Shown: positions 10,369-23,709 of the stretch, piece after piece
Position numbering within the stretch: the stretch's first letter is position 1
How the letters are laid out: each line of letters opens with the position of its first letter
Assembly (NCBI GenBank): GCA_013239625.1
Contig: MU053881.1
Span: forward strand, 4,919,957-4,983,956
Source: Lama guanicoe
Taxonomy: Eukaryota
Direction of reading: 5' to 3'
DNA: 64,000 nucleotides
Program-made: the position numbers and the translations under genes
The notes under the pieces: generated by a model
Told to the model about the DNA's origin: nothing
What the model saw: only the letters and a program-made list of their open reading frames with translations
Databases searched by the model: none

Positions 10369-13300
10369 GCCCCCCTCACGTGGGCCGCGGCAAGGAGGAG
10401 GAGGGAGGCGGGGGCCCGCCGGCCCCGGGCCAATCGCGAGGCGTTCTGCAGCCCGGCCAATCAGGAGCTCGGCCCGGCAGGGCACCCCTGTCACATGACG
10501 CCGGAGGGGCGGGATGCCGGGAAAACCAGGAAGAGGGGGCGGAGCGGGGGCTCGGCGCCTGCCACTGCACCGTGGGTGTGGGCTGTGTCTGGTACCCAGT
10601 TACACTCAAGTTTGTGAAGGATGATCATTTATAAAAGCTTTCGCATCCAGCGTTTATCTAACTCACAACTGCGCGATGAGGCCTGAAGTGCCCGTTATGC
10701 CCATTTTACAGTTTAAGTTCAGTGAAACTTGAAGGGACTAGGGATTGTATCCACTTTGTTTTATGAATGTCCTCCCCATCTGAACCTCTTAATTCACCGA
10801 GAAGCTGACCTTGCCTTCTGCCATTCGTTCATTCTTTCAATTAATATATTTTGCGCACGTATGCTCCAGACACTGGAATCAACCAGATTTCGTGCACCTT
10901 TATGAGAAAGAGCTGTACACAACCGTACAAAAAGAATGCTACCAGAAGAGCCTAGACAAACAAACCTTCATAACACACGGGAGAGGGAGGGAGGGAGGGA
11001 GGGAGGGAGAGAGATGACTAATCCTATTGATAATAACACGCAGTGGTAATATATGCCAGTTTTTCAGACAGGGAAGGTAAGACAGAGGGTGGTTAAGTTA
11101 CTTGCTCAAGGTAAAGCAGCTTGTAAATGACCTAGCCGGGACTGGAACCCAGGTCTGTCACCACAGCCTGTGCTTCCACACTCATCTTTAAGGGCACAGA
11201 ATTTATCTTCTGAGCACAGGTCAGAAATCTAATTTTAGTAAGTATAGGGAAAGGAGGATTGAGGAACAGAAATGCTTGCCCAGATTCCTTTAGGATGCCA
11301 GTTTTCTCTTAGGAGTAATTGCCTTTGGAAAGGTGGGTCCTCTTTGCACAGTTCTATGGAATTAGTACTGTCAGTGTCAAAACCATGAACTTTTGAGTTT
11401 TATAGATCTTAAACTTCAAAAGGACAAAGACTATCTGTGTTGTTTTTCCTCTGCCTTTCCTGCCTGCCGCATACTGGTTGAACAGCAACCTGGATTTGAA
11501 TCCTTGCTCTACCCTGTGTGAACCAGCACACATTACTTAAGCTTTGTGAGGCTCCTCTGTAAGTACCTCACTGGGTGGATGTGAGAATTGAGTGAAAAAA
11601 TTCATATGAAGCGTTTACCATAGTGCTTTGAATACAGTGAGTACTTTATGAATGATAGATTGTTTCAAGGACATCATTTAAGAAGATCCACTGCAGACTA
11701 AAAAGCAAGTAAGGATAACTCTAGACTTTAGCAGTTTAGCAGCTACTAAAATAATACTTTGTACACGATGTTAAAAGGTAAGTATATGTAGATACCTGAA
11801 AGGAAAGTAAAAGTAAATCTCACCTCTGTATCCTTCAAAATGCCTTAAGGTCTCCATACGCAGTGAAGGAATGAGTATTTTGCCTACTGTACAGGAGGCA
11901 GCAGGGTTATAATCATTTTCTTCAGTCTAACATATCACATTCAATTTTTCCACATGAACTGCCGTTTAAAAAAGAAACCCCAATAGAAAAACTAGCTTGG
12001 GAAGTTTGAGCCAGGTTCCTCTCACTCATTCATGAGATTCACGCATTAAATCTCCACGGAATGCATATGACAGATGATCCTCTCTCGTAATACTATATTT
12101 GGGGAAACTCCAGCAGATGGTTGGTTGGCTTTTCCACTGTCACGCTGTCCTCTGAATATAGGCATTTTCACCTCCTCTACTGGGCAACAGTTCCTCGGGC
12201 TCAAGGAGTGCCCAGATTCTTCTGCTAGTGTGAGGCTGTGCCCATGGAAGGCACTTACTGGTGAATTATATTGTATTCCCGCCTTTGCATCTTCTGTTGC
12301 CTTGGAAAGGACAGACTTTTGGCTAACAGAGACCTTTCCATCAAAGTTTATTAATGACTATATCCTGTTCCGAAGTGAATGAAATCGCTGACTCCTAATT
12401 GATTTGTGTTTCTCTGGGTTTTATCCTGCCAGATTGTGCCACAGTCAAAGCTGGCAGGGAGTTAGGACTCTGGAATCGCACTGGTTTGAGTTTCAGAAGC
12501 CTCTTCTTGTTCTAGCCACAAAGTAATAACCAGCGGCCGTGTCCACTTCCAAAGTGCTGAACCTTGCTCCTGCAGAATCATTTGCATACTGGGATAGCCT
12601 GAGTCAGAAAAAACATGTTTTACACAAACACGAGACAATGGGGTAAGAAAAAAAATACAAGGACTCCACTGAATTCTTAAAAATAAAATTTTTATTGGAT
12701 GATTGGGTAATATATATGCACTGTACAAAATTCAAAAGGTACACAAAGTCTTTGGTGAATATTGAATCTCTCTCCCCACCCTGTTCCCTGGTCACTCATT
12801 TCTCCTTCTCAGAGCCACCCACAGTTACTCTCTGTATCCTTCCAGAGATATTCTCTGTGTATGCAGACATTTCACCCACTTTAAACCTTGACGTTTTTGA
12901 AACACTGTTCTTGGAGCCAAGACCCCAGTTTAAGCTCTACCACCAACTATGAGATCCAGAGGGGCTAGACCTCGCGGGGTTATAGTTTCTTCACCAGAAG
13001 GGATCTGGACTAGAACTGGATGTTTTCTCCAATCCTTCTCACTTCAACATTGAGTTCTCCTGAAAGAATTAAAAGTTGCCACAGATCCTCCCTTTCCTTT
13101 TGACCTAAAGTTGGCACTGTGTGTGATTCTTCACTAGAGCACAGGCAGCCCTACCTGCTGATCACGGACACTTCTCTAAATGAGTGTTATCCTTACAAAT
13201 ATATGTTTTCTTTCCCGACCCCTCTGGACCTGTGTGATGTAAAGATTTCACAGCTTCAGAAGTGAGATTAATTAACTCAGCACTGGAAGATCTCCAGGAA

Positions 13301-15110
13301 AAGCTGTGTCCCTCTGATGCTTTTAAAAAGTGATTTTCTTCCTGAGAGAAGACCAGAGCATTGCTGAGGGGGAATCTAAGAAAGATATTAATTGATGGTT
13401 GGCAATTGGCACCCATCCCTCATTCATTTCCTCCTAAAAAATTTTCTCGCGGGGAAGAGGAAAGATCAGTTTCTGCCCATTGCCTTAGCCTCTCAACAGG
13501 ATGCAGTGTTCTTATGTGACTGCTCTGAGCTTCGGTTTATTACTTCTCCCAGAAAGAGCCAAAGTTCAGTCCCAAATGCCCTTCCTTTTAGTCGATCATT
13601 TACTTATTCACCCCGAATCCTTGTTCTCCATACCCAGATCCAGGTCTGCCACAGGATAGAAGCTTGGTAACTGCTTGTGGTCTGAATGCAGAGATTAACC
13701 CCCTAATCCGATTCATCCTTCATGGCTCAAGATCCCACATCCTATCTTTTTGAACCAATTCTTTTATTGTGGTTGGCTTTATTCCTTTGATAACTGTGTA
13801 TGTTTAAAAAGCTAAAGCTCTAAACGTTCTTAGAAACAATGAACAGTACATATATGTAAATTTTTTAAATGTGCAGTATATTGTGTATATGTATTTACAT
13901 GCAATATATTGTATATGTGCAAATTGTAACAATTCTACCTAATAAAACTGAAAAATGAAAAAAAGATCTCACATCTTTTATCAAGTCTATTTCTACCATG
14001 TCTATTTCTGCCCTCATTAATCTCCTTTCTTCCACCACCCAGCTGAGCACTGGCTGTACTTACTGCTTTGTATTATTTGTATCACTTGTGTTGATATTAT
14101 TTCTTCAGTTAGATCAAGTGGCACAAACACTGATACATCCTTGAATTATGGAGAATGCAAGGCACATCATTAGACAGCATATTCAAGCTTACTTAGTAAT
14201 GGATAAGAGGAGAGAAAGAGAGAAACTGATATTTGCTTGGGCGCCAAATGGGAGACAGTCTTTGCCCTGGAGGAACTCAGACCCTGATGAAAGATGTGGG
14301 AAATCGACAATACAGTAGAGCTTCTAAGAGAGGAAGCCCTGACTGGTTGTTAAGAACATGATATATTCATGATTCAGGGCCACTTTCTTGCTGATTGGGG
14401 CAAGTAACTAATCTGTCTATTCCTTGATGTTTGTCGTCACCTGTCTCACAAATTGATTTTGAGGATTAAATGCAGGGCCTGATACATAATATGTGCTCAG
14501 CAGTGTTGGTCTCCCCCTCCTCCACCTTCGGGAGGTGGAGGAATGTGACTGGAAGTTTCTCAGAAGAGAAGTGGCAGCAGAGGGAAAGCCACAAGAGAAG
14601 GCAGCAAGCAACTCAGACTGTTTTCTGATTGCAGTATCTTCCGAGGTAGCATTCCTGTCAAAACTTCTGTCTGTTTCACTCAGACTGAAAGTGTCTAGGA
14701 CATCTAATAGTTCCTGCGGGTTTTTGTTTTTTGTTTTTTTGTTAGTGCTGAGCTGAACATACTAGTATCAGCAACTCTAACTGATAGTGAACTGGGAAGC
14801 CAGGCAGTGAGAACAATCTAGTGTTTGTTGTAGGAAAGACTCCCAAAGGACAGGTACAATAAGACATTCTTGTTGGTGAGGCTAGAAGTAGGGCGATAAA
14901 AACAGAAAGTGCAGAAAGTGGAGGAACAGATTGATAAGAAGCAGGAACCAAGACCTGCAGCCAGATAATAGTTTGTTGAACTACAAATAGAGGCACATTC
15001 CAAAAGACCCAAGCTGGTGTGAAACTGTGAAGCTGGGTTTCTGAACACAAGAAGAAAACAGTCCAGTGAGTTCGCTAAAGGAAGGGAAAAATTAAAAGTT
15101 CAGAGAAGTG

Positions 15111-15163
15111 AGGGGGAAGTGGCGGGGGTGGGGGGGGTGGGGGGGGGTGTGGGGGGGGAGGGT
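15111..15163 (+). repeat. G-run tract (G-quadruplex-forming potential)
   Basis: AGGGGGAAGTGGCGGGGGTGGGGGGGGTGGGGGGGGGTGTGGGGGGGGAGGG. Confidence 0.85.
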
Positions 15164-16994
15164 GTTTCCTGTGTCTCCAAGTTTTTTTTCCCCCAAAATT
15201 CACAAGGCCATGAATTTCCCTCATGCTACAGCAAAACCAGGGATGGTGCCCAGTCCTGAGGTTTTTCATCCTGTTTTCACAAGGTCCAGCCCAAGAGTGA
15301 GATGCATGAAACAAATGGGCGCGATATTCTGCCCCTGCATTCACTCCAGTCACAGTGAGACATGTTAACAAGCCTGAATGCCAAGTGTGGATTCTATCCT
15401 GTGTTAGGAGGGCAGTACCAGGAAGGAGTCTCGTTACTCCACTGCCATAAGTCAGTGCCCACCTAGGCTCCCGAAGGGCTGCCTGTCTTTCTATACAGAC
15501 CCTGAGGGCACCTGCTCCCCGCAACCTGGGCGGTGCACCCATCACTCAGGCACAAGTCAGAGTTCTGGCTGCAGGAGTCCTGGTGAGCCGGCCACAGCTC
15601 TTTCCTGGTGCCCCAACGACCAGTCAGCTCGGCATCAGGAGGATTCTTTGCCTACTTACCCAATCACCTCTTCCCAGTCTGGCAAAAGAGGAAGTCGCCT
15701 TTGGGGGAACTTGGGAGTGGCAATGGGAGTTGAAGTGGGATTAGAACAAAGTTGGGGGCAGTTCTCCTTGCCTCCTAATAAAGGAGGTAATAAAAGGTTT
15801 AGATTCCAGCAAACTCCATAGGAGAAGGGAGGTTTTCTTCTCCCCTCTGGTTGGGGAACAGAGGAGTAGGGAGTATTAGAAAGGAGGAAATACAATACTG
15901 TTCTTTGCCTTGGCTCAACCCAGTTACACTCTGGGGGAAGGGGAAGGCAACACATGTCAAGTCCTTAGGGTCTGGCACACAACACACCTAAGTAAAGAGT
16001 AGCTGTTACTGTTATTATTAAAAACAATCGCTCTGAACTTTCCTGGGGGTCTGATGAAAGCCAAAAACTTGCTCCCCAGAAAAACACACACAAGTATACA
16101 CATATCTAATTTTGCAGGTGATTTCAGGGGGCGGGTGAATATCTGTGTAATATCCCGATTAGGACCCACTGAGGTAGGAGGGGGACACTCCAGCCTGGAG
16201 CAACAGCTGTGTAACTTGCAGGTTCGAGTGCAAAATGAAAATGCAAGGATGCCTTGTTCGAAAATTATTGTGAAATTCATGACGAGAGCAGAACATTAAA
16301 CCAAGTGTTGGGACCCTTCTACGCCTGGGGCCCCGTGTGACCGCACAGGTCTCATGTCCATGCAGCTGGTTCAAGGAGACCTTAGAGCTCAAGGTCAGAC
16401 AGCTGTACCCTTGCTTTAAGCAAACTCAGTATCTAGAGAATGGAATTTATAACACGTGCACTTGAAGCGGGCCTCCCACAGGACTCTTGCTGTGCAACTT
16501 TGTGCAAGGTTGTAGAGATCAAACACTTGAACCAGCCAGAGATCCTGCCCAGTAAAGCTTCTGCAGCCCGGGGGAAGAGATCTATATATGATACAGCTGT
16601 GATGACAGGAATAAGCCATGGTTGCTGTGGGAACCCGGGGAGGGGTCACAAGTTAGGAGAGGAGGTAGGAGAGAGCCTCCAGGGCCTGACTGAGGTCAGA
16701 GGCATGATGAGAAGGGTGCTGGCTGTTCTAGGCAGAGGGAGGTGAGAGAGGGGACGAGGCTTTGCCCAGACCTGCACTCTCTGTGCATACTCGATGTTGT
16801 ACCCGAAAATTCCATTTCTGACTCCAGTTTTCAGGAATGCCAGCAGAGAGCAGGAAGTGTGCATGCGCCCTCACTCGGGTGCGCAGGTGTGGGTGAGGGC
16901 TGCTACTTCACCGCAGGAACCTGGGAAACTGACCCTGGGGAAAAATGCCACAGAGCCTCAGTGGCAGCCCTGGACCCTGTGATCAGACGCCTCT

Positions 16995-17170
16995 GGAGTA
17001 AATCCCATTACCTCTAAGCGGCCTTGTGCCTCAATTGTTTCATCTGTAAAATAGGGACAATAATAGTACTTACCTAACACGGTTGTTGTGGGGATTAAAT
17101 GAGGTAACGTATGTGAAGCATTTAGAACAATGTTTTGGTTATGCAACTGCTACCTAAGTGTTAGCTATTC
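16995..17170 (+). mobile_element. MIR SINE
   Basis: MIR core: CTTGTGCCTCAATTGTTTCATCTGTAAAATAGGGACAATAATAGTAC..GGATTAAATGAGGTAA. Confidence 0.75.
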
Positions 17171-19784
17171 TCATTAGCAATAGGACTGATAACGATGAAG
17201 GGAAAAAGCCACACACACACATACAGAAACCCACAAAACCCAGCAAAGAAAAAAAAAAAAAAGCAGGCACAAAAGGACCAAAAGGGCTCCTAGATCTCAG
17301 AGATGGGAAGAGGCGTGGATGTGAGTGAGTGAGGAAGGGAAGGTTGGAGGCCCTGTAACCACACCTGCTGAAGGGGTAGGGAAACCTTTGGAATGAGAGG
17401 GTCTTTGATGTTTTGGGAAGGTAGACCTCTGGGTGGAATTGGTTAAGTCACACAACCTTTGCTGACCTCAGTTTCTCCAACTGTAAAATAGGAATGTGTC
17501 TACAGGGTAAAGCATGTGAAAATACTGGGTAAGCTGGAGGGTGGTGCTGACTGCCGTCTAAGCCACGGCATTTACCAGGATCTGCTGTATAGACTCCTCT
17601 TCTTCCTCTGCCTGCCCCTTAAGAGTGGGTGCTTCTCAGGTCTCCAGCCAAGACAGCATCTCTTCTCACTCTACATACTCTCTTCCTGGCCCCCATTCAC
17701 ACCCACTGCTTCAGTCATCTCCATGTTGGTGCCCTGCATCCCTGATTCCAACCTCATGCTCCTTCTCAACGTCCAGACCCATGTAACAACTGCCCACTGG
17801 CTATCTCCATGTGGACACCTCAGGCACCTGAAAACTCTCATTGTCCATGATTCATCACGGCCCCCATCTCAGTGAAAGGTTCTCCAGTCCACCCCGCAGG
17901 GAACCTGGGTATAATCCTCGACTCCTCCCCTCCAACATCCATCAGCTATCTTTATATGCTAATAAATACGGCCCCAGTTCAGCTACTTCTCTGACTTCAT
18001 TTCATTTCCATTTCTCTAATACAGAAGACCTCTCTCCCTCTCCTAGACTCCTGCAACAACTTAATCACTCGTCAGCCTAGAACACCTCAACTATTCCTCT
18101 TTGCCTAGCTCTTACTCATTCTTTGGGTTTCCTCTTAAAGGTCACTTCCTTTAAAAAGCTTCCCCTACCATTAGTTAAGTGTTTCTAGTGCTCTTGCCCA
18201 GCAACCTGTACTTGCTAAGATACTGCACCTGCACCGGGGTCCACTGCTAAATTCTAAGCTCTAGGTCAGGGTCTGCTGCTCCTGTTTACCATCATCTCGA
18301 GCAGCTAACACCAGGACAAGGACCAGGAGCTGAAGATACCTGCTGAATGTGGTTGAAAACCTTACATGCTTTGCAAAGTCACATTTAGCTTCAGTGCTTA
18401 TTTTTCAAAACAGCTGCTCCTCTTGCTCATTTTGGGGTGGCGCACAGCAGTACCACAATTTGGACAGTGTAAAGAAACTACGGAACCATGTCAAAATCCT
18501 GACAGCAGTTTAAATAGACTCCTGACTAGATTCACGTGGGTAGCGGTATTTGTCGCTGGGCATCCTTGCCTAGAATCTTCCTGTTTTGAGTTGGCCCGGG
18601 GGGTGAGGGAGAGTGGGGAGTTGGGGGAAAAGGGGCCAGTACATTTCACAAGGGGGCGGGGGTTTAACTGAAGCAGCAACACAGCCTGAATGAAAGACTT
18701 GCTCGGAGCAGTTGGGAGTTGAAGAACAGTGGGGCTTGTTCATAGCCATGTGGGACCCCAGAACATTAATACCCCAGGCGTCCACTTTTCTATGTGGGCA
18801 GAATCAAAATCAATGCTCCCTTTTCATTCCACCATGCCGTCACTGTGAGCACCTATACAAAAGTAGGCCGGCGTTTTATGAGCTGAATGCTCTGTACTCT
18901 GTCCTCCACAATGCAAACAGTTAATCAGAACTGCTGTGTGAACGCGCTCATTTTCATTGATTCAGAATAGCTTCAGTGTTTTAATAAATCTAGCTGACTT
19001 CACTTCCCTTGACCCTGAATTACTTAAAAAAAATGTGTGTGTGTGTGTGTGTTATATAATGTTTGAAGGAAGTATTAACACTATTCTGACAATGTTCCCT
19101 CCCAAAACACCGTTTTCCCCCGATTATAAAATACATGCTTTGTGGAAAATTTGGAAAATACACAAGGCTGTAGAATAATCATTATCAACATTTTGGTCTA
19201 TGTCCTATCAGGTTTTTTTTTCTATGCATGTAAGTTTAAAATCCTGTTTTTTTCCCCCCTCTTAACATAATATCCTATTATCTTTTGTTATTAAAGTAAC
19301 TTGTTTCTTTTTGCTGAACTATTACATCATCATTGGAGAAAATGCTCAAAGGAAAAAGAAAATTAAAGTCACTTGCAATCACCAACCAGAGGCAATATTA
19401 ATAGCTTTGTTGCTTGTCTTTTCAATCTCTTTTCTAGGCATATATTCTGAGAAAAGAAGTTACTAAAATGCATTGCAGTATTCCTCCATTTGGATGCAGC
19501 ATGGCTTACATAAGCATCTCCTTTTGTTGAACATTACGTTTGCTGTCCATTAACTGTGCTATGATAGATATCTTCTACAACGGCATTTTACACTGTGCTT
19601 TTTTCCTTCGAAAACTATGGATTTTCTACCATTAATTTCATACATTCAATTCTTGCGAGAAAACTGAAATAAAAGGGCAGGGGGAAGAAAAATAACATCT
19701 CCGCTTTGAATACATCTGTTTCCCAAGCAGAAGAGAGCTCCAGCATAGAGGGATGGGGTGATGAAGCCATTCTAACATGCTTAT

Positions 19785-19928
19785 GGGGGAAGGTATAGCT
19801 CAGTGGTGGAGTGTGTGCTTAGCTCGCACGAAGTCCTGGGTTCAATGCCCAGTTCCTCCATTAAAAAGAAAACAAAACAAAAAAACAAATAAATAAGTAG
19901 ACCTAATTACCTCCCCTCACCCAAAAAA
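19785..19928 (+). mobile_element. camelid-type tRNA-derived SINE
   Basis: GGGGGAAGGTATAGCTCAGTGGTGGAGTGTGTGCTTAGCTCGCACGAAGTCCTGGGTTCAATGCCCAG, then an A-rich tract and the CCTAATTACCTCCCC tail motif. Confidence 0.88.
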
Positions 19929-20629
19929 GGCTTAGATACATATTTTTAGAATACAACTTAAATATAGTTAATGAAGAAGCAAATGACTTCAAGTTTTTGG
20001 AAGATGAAATAATCTAGGGTGAAATCTTCCAAGAGTCAAAGCAACAATTTAAAATAATTTCTCAATTCTAAATTTGCCTCTGTATGGCAGAATACCTACC
20101 ATTGCTAAAAATAACAACTGGCCAGAAGAAATAAACAAAAAGGTGCTACTTTTGAAGCAACACCAAAGGAAGATATAATAAAAAGTTGTTGGGTCAGTAA
20201 TAAATGAAGGTATAGACATCATTCTATGTTTAAAGAAAATAACAAAAACAATGTTAAAAGAAACCAATGACCCTCGGACTGCATCTTCAAAAGCATGCCA
20301 GAAATACTGCCGTTCTGGTACACGAGCTGCCAGAACCTGGAAGGGCAGGAAGGATGTGGTCTAGATACTTATGTGATGATTGTTTCTGAGATCCAGCTCC
20401 CTGCTCAGAGCTCAGGCCTGGAGCCTGGGGTGTGCCTTTTATTTTTCTGTAACCCAAGTACAAATGACTAAACAAAAGGGAAACCATATGTTTAAAACAA
20501 AAAATCAATTGGTTGCCCCTCTGGGGCCTATCTTTTTAGAAAACTACTGTCGGTGGGTCCTAGGGATTTCGCCGTTTCTTTGAAAAATATCTTTTGTGTA
20601 TTATCATAATTTACAAATCATCTTTACCA

Positions 20630-20790
20630 CCATCTCACTTGGTAACAACCTGTGTAGCAGAAAAGTCTGGTATTATCCCCATTTTATAGATGAAAAAACT
20701 GAGGCTCAGATGTTAAATGACTTTCTCAAAGTTACATAGCTAGCAAATGATGGAATAATTGCAAACCTAGGGCTTCCCCTAGTCTAGTGA
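20630..20790 (-). mobile_element. MIR SINE
   Basis: TATTATCCCCATTTTATAGATGAAAAAACTGAGGCTCAGA..TTAAATGACTTTCTCAAAGTTACATAGCTAG. Confidence 0.75.
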
Positions 20791-23217
20791 TCATCCCAGG
20801 CCACACCATGTTCACCAACAGGCTTTGGAAGAGAGAGACACCTCCAGGATCCTTTTAAAGGGCTGGATGGAGCTTCTTGCAATCTGGGCCCTGGCAAGCA
20901 CAGGAGAAAGGGCACTGACAAAGGAAACAGGATTCATAAGCATATCCATCTCAGATGCTGGGCTGTGTTGTAACAAAATGGTTCAGTTATTAGGGAGGTG
21001 ACAGGAAAACATATGTCTGAGTTTACCTGTTAATTGCATTTAATATCCTAGAGAATTTCATAAGTGAGGAAACAGGCTCAAAGGTGAAGTGACTTCCTGG
21101 ACAAAGGGAACTTACTGAGTTTCCCCCACAAAAGCCGACTTGATCTCATCATTCCCTCATTTCAACAACACTGATACAGCTCAGTGAGGACAGAGAGCCA
21201 GAGGACCTGGCTGCTAGGAGCTTGCAATCAGTCTTTCTGGGGGACTAATCTTTGATCTCCAGGCTGGCTGAGAAATGAGCTCCTTTTTTCTTCATAGCCT
21301 TTATGCTGAGGCTTCATTAGGAGTAAATACCAGGGGGGTTTGGAGAAAACCATCTAGGTTCAGGCCTGAGTTGCTGCCTTATTAGGGCCTTCACCTCCCA
21401 AGCAGGCTTACTGAGCAGGATTTTCAAAACCTCCCTGGCACATCACCAGGCCCTTCAGTGCTCATGGCCCTGTGTTCCCCACTGTTAGTGCTGTCAACAC
21501 ACAAAATTTCCTTACTCGTATCTGTAGGAAATCGGATCCCACCAAACGGTGAGCAGGTCCAAGTGCAAAAAGCAATGTAATCCCAATGTCTCACAGCAAA
21601 CAAGGAGTGTGAAAATGGATCTGGACAAAGTGACAGAATAAGGCAGAACCTGGGGGCTTGGATCAGCAAGGACATGACCTCTGCCGTGAGACCGGGAATG
21701 TGTCCAGCCATGACCATAAATGAGAAGAGCCTGAGGCTGCCCTCCATCATGGCTGCAAACACGCCGCAGCCTGGTCTGCTGCCCTGGACCTGTGGAGGCT
21801 GCCCATCAGGCAAAAGCAACTCTCAAGGGAAGCAACGTATTAGGCACACCATGCAGCTCAGCTTCAAACCCACGGGGGCCTGCTGGAAAGCAGTGGGGGC
21901 GGAGGTGGGTGGTGGTGGAAAGGTTTCAGGCCAACCTCCAGCGATGATGGGCAGTGGGTGACTGATCTGAATCTGGGTACACAGTCATACTCCCCTGACC
22001 ACAGTCAGGGCTCAAAGACTGTGGCATCCTTTTATGTACCCATGGTAACCATCAGCATTGCTTTCTTCGATGACAAATAATGATTGAGGGTCAAATAAGT
22101 TGCTCTGATGAAATTCAGCTTGGTCACCCACAAAGGCAGAATTCTTCCCTCCCACCCGAGCCCCAGAGGTGGCTCCTGGCCAACGAAACTCTGAGAAGGG
22201 CAGGGGGCAAGTGAGAAGTGCCCCAGGGCGGAAACGAGAGAACGCGGATCCTACTCCCCTGTCCGCCCCAACCAGCTACGTTACACTGCGCACGGAGTTC
22301 TCCCTGTCTGGGCTCCGGTTCCTCGTCATAAAACGATGGAGTCAGCATATATCACTGTGGTCCCTTCGACACCAACTCTTCAGTGTTTTCTGGACTCCAT
22401 GAAATTAGCTACAGAGGCCTGTTTGCTGGAAATGTAAAGTATGGAGTTGCCTCTTAGGAAAACTTTTAAGTTCAAAATGAAAGCCCAGGATGAAAAGAAA
22501 GAAATGAAAGCAGGAGAGTCACTTCAGCTTGAAACTCTCTTTGGTCGTAAGAATAGCAAAGCAATGAGTTCAGATAGACTGGGAGGAATAGAAAAGCACA
22601 AACTGCAAAACAGGAAATCCACTCTTGGCTGGCTGTCAAAGAACCATGAGCTGGTGAAAATTTAGATCCATTTTCATTTTTAATTTCTTAAAACTAATAA
22701 AGGCCTCAAATTAGTGAATTACTGAACTGCCCACTACCAAAACACAAATTTACCGTCCCTGTCCTCGGCTTTTTCATCGCCTGATTTTTCAGTCCTATTT
22801 CCGGCCGCGTGATGATACAAGAAACTGCTGGTTCCAGCTCATCCCTGTGGCTGGTCCTGCCCCTCTACATGCCCAGCATCATAACCATGTTTTTGCGGAC
22901 AATGGTCAAACACGGCCTGGTGTTACAGTTCTGTGTGTACCAACCTTACCTCTCCAAATAGCACATCAGCTCTTGAACTTCCAGGGACCCGATTTCCACA
23001 TCTTTGATTCCTCCAGTGGCTACAGCGAGCACTCAAATGTTTACTGGATTGATGAAGAAAAGTACTTACCAGACTATTCTGGTATCTTGAACCAAATGGC
23101 CAGTTTTATACATTCAAGCTAAGTTTGAACTACAAAATCATTTTTCCAAAAGGAATTATCTAGAGATAGGAAAGCTTAAAAAAAAATGAGCTTAACAAAC
23201 ACTGAAACCAGATTTCC

Positions 23218-23709
23218 ATAGAAAGCAGAAAAATAATTTATTCCAAGAGATGGCAGAAATAAGAAATTCACCCTGAAAATATACTTTGGTATAAGTCTGC
23301 TGAGACAGATTTTCCCCTCTGAACATGTTTTCCCACTGACTGCCCCACTGGGGTCCTGTTGTCTTGTGACAGTTTTTAAACGCTTCGCTGATTCCCATGT
23401 TGTGAGCTGCACGAGCCATCTTCAAATCCACAGGATCCAAGGAGAGAGTAACGTGATTCCCAGAAGAACAGCACTTTCCGTCTCAGAAGAGGACAGAAAC
23501 ATTTTGCGGAGGCAGCACAGTTTAGGTTAAATAGGCACGTCATTCATCAAAGTGTAAAAAAAGGTGATAGGAAAAAATACTGCGTTGTAGACTAAGATAT
23601 TCAAGTGTGGTGTGAACGTTTAAGGCAGCGGATGGCCGAAAGGGGCGAGTCGAGGAAGGCGGTCTGGGTATGGAGGTGATTTTGCATCTAGAGGCACTGT
23701 CTTCGTGAC
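23218..23709 (-). other. ATP6V0E1: ATP6V0E1 exon 4 (3' UTR only)
   Basis: Acceptor TTGTTTTGCAG|GTCACGAAG. The sequence resembles my recollection of the human 3' UTR (TCTAGATGCAAAATCACCTCC, GTGGATTTGAAGATGGCTC). It ends shortly after AATAAA. Confidence 0.85.
23237..23242 (-). terminator. ATP6V0E1 polyadenylation signal AATAAA
   Basis: Plus-strand tttatt at 23237-23242 at the end of exon 4, followed on the minus strand by GT/T-rich sequence. Confidence 0.8.

Larger units (their letters stand above)
9120..10600. promoter_or_regulatory. CpG island / CREBRF promoter
   Basis: Very GC- and CpG-rich block. CCAAT boxes at 10430-10434 and 10457-10461, TCACGTG at 10376-10382, GTCACATGAC at 10490-10499, several GGGGCGG GC boxes, ETS-like CCGGAA at 10351. 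Confidence 0.9.

Noticed and set aside
9057..10634. Long overlapping ORFs (218-259 aa) on both strands
   Set aside because: Low-complexity Gly/Pro/Arg/Ala translations caused by stop-codon scarcity in the CREBRF CpG island; no recognisable protein similarity.
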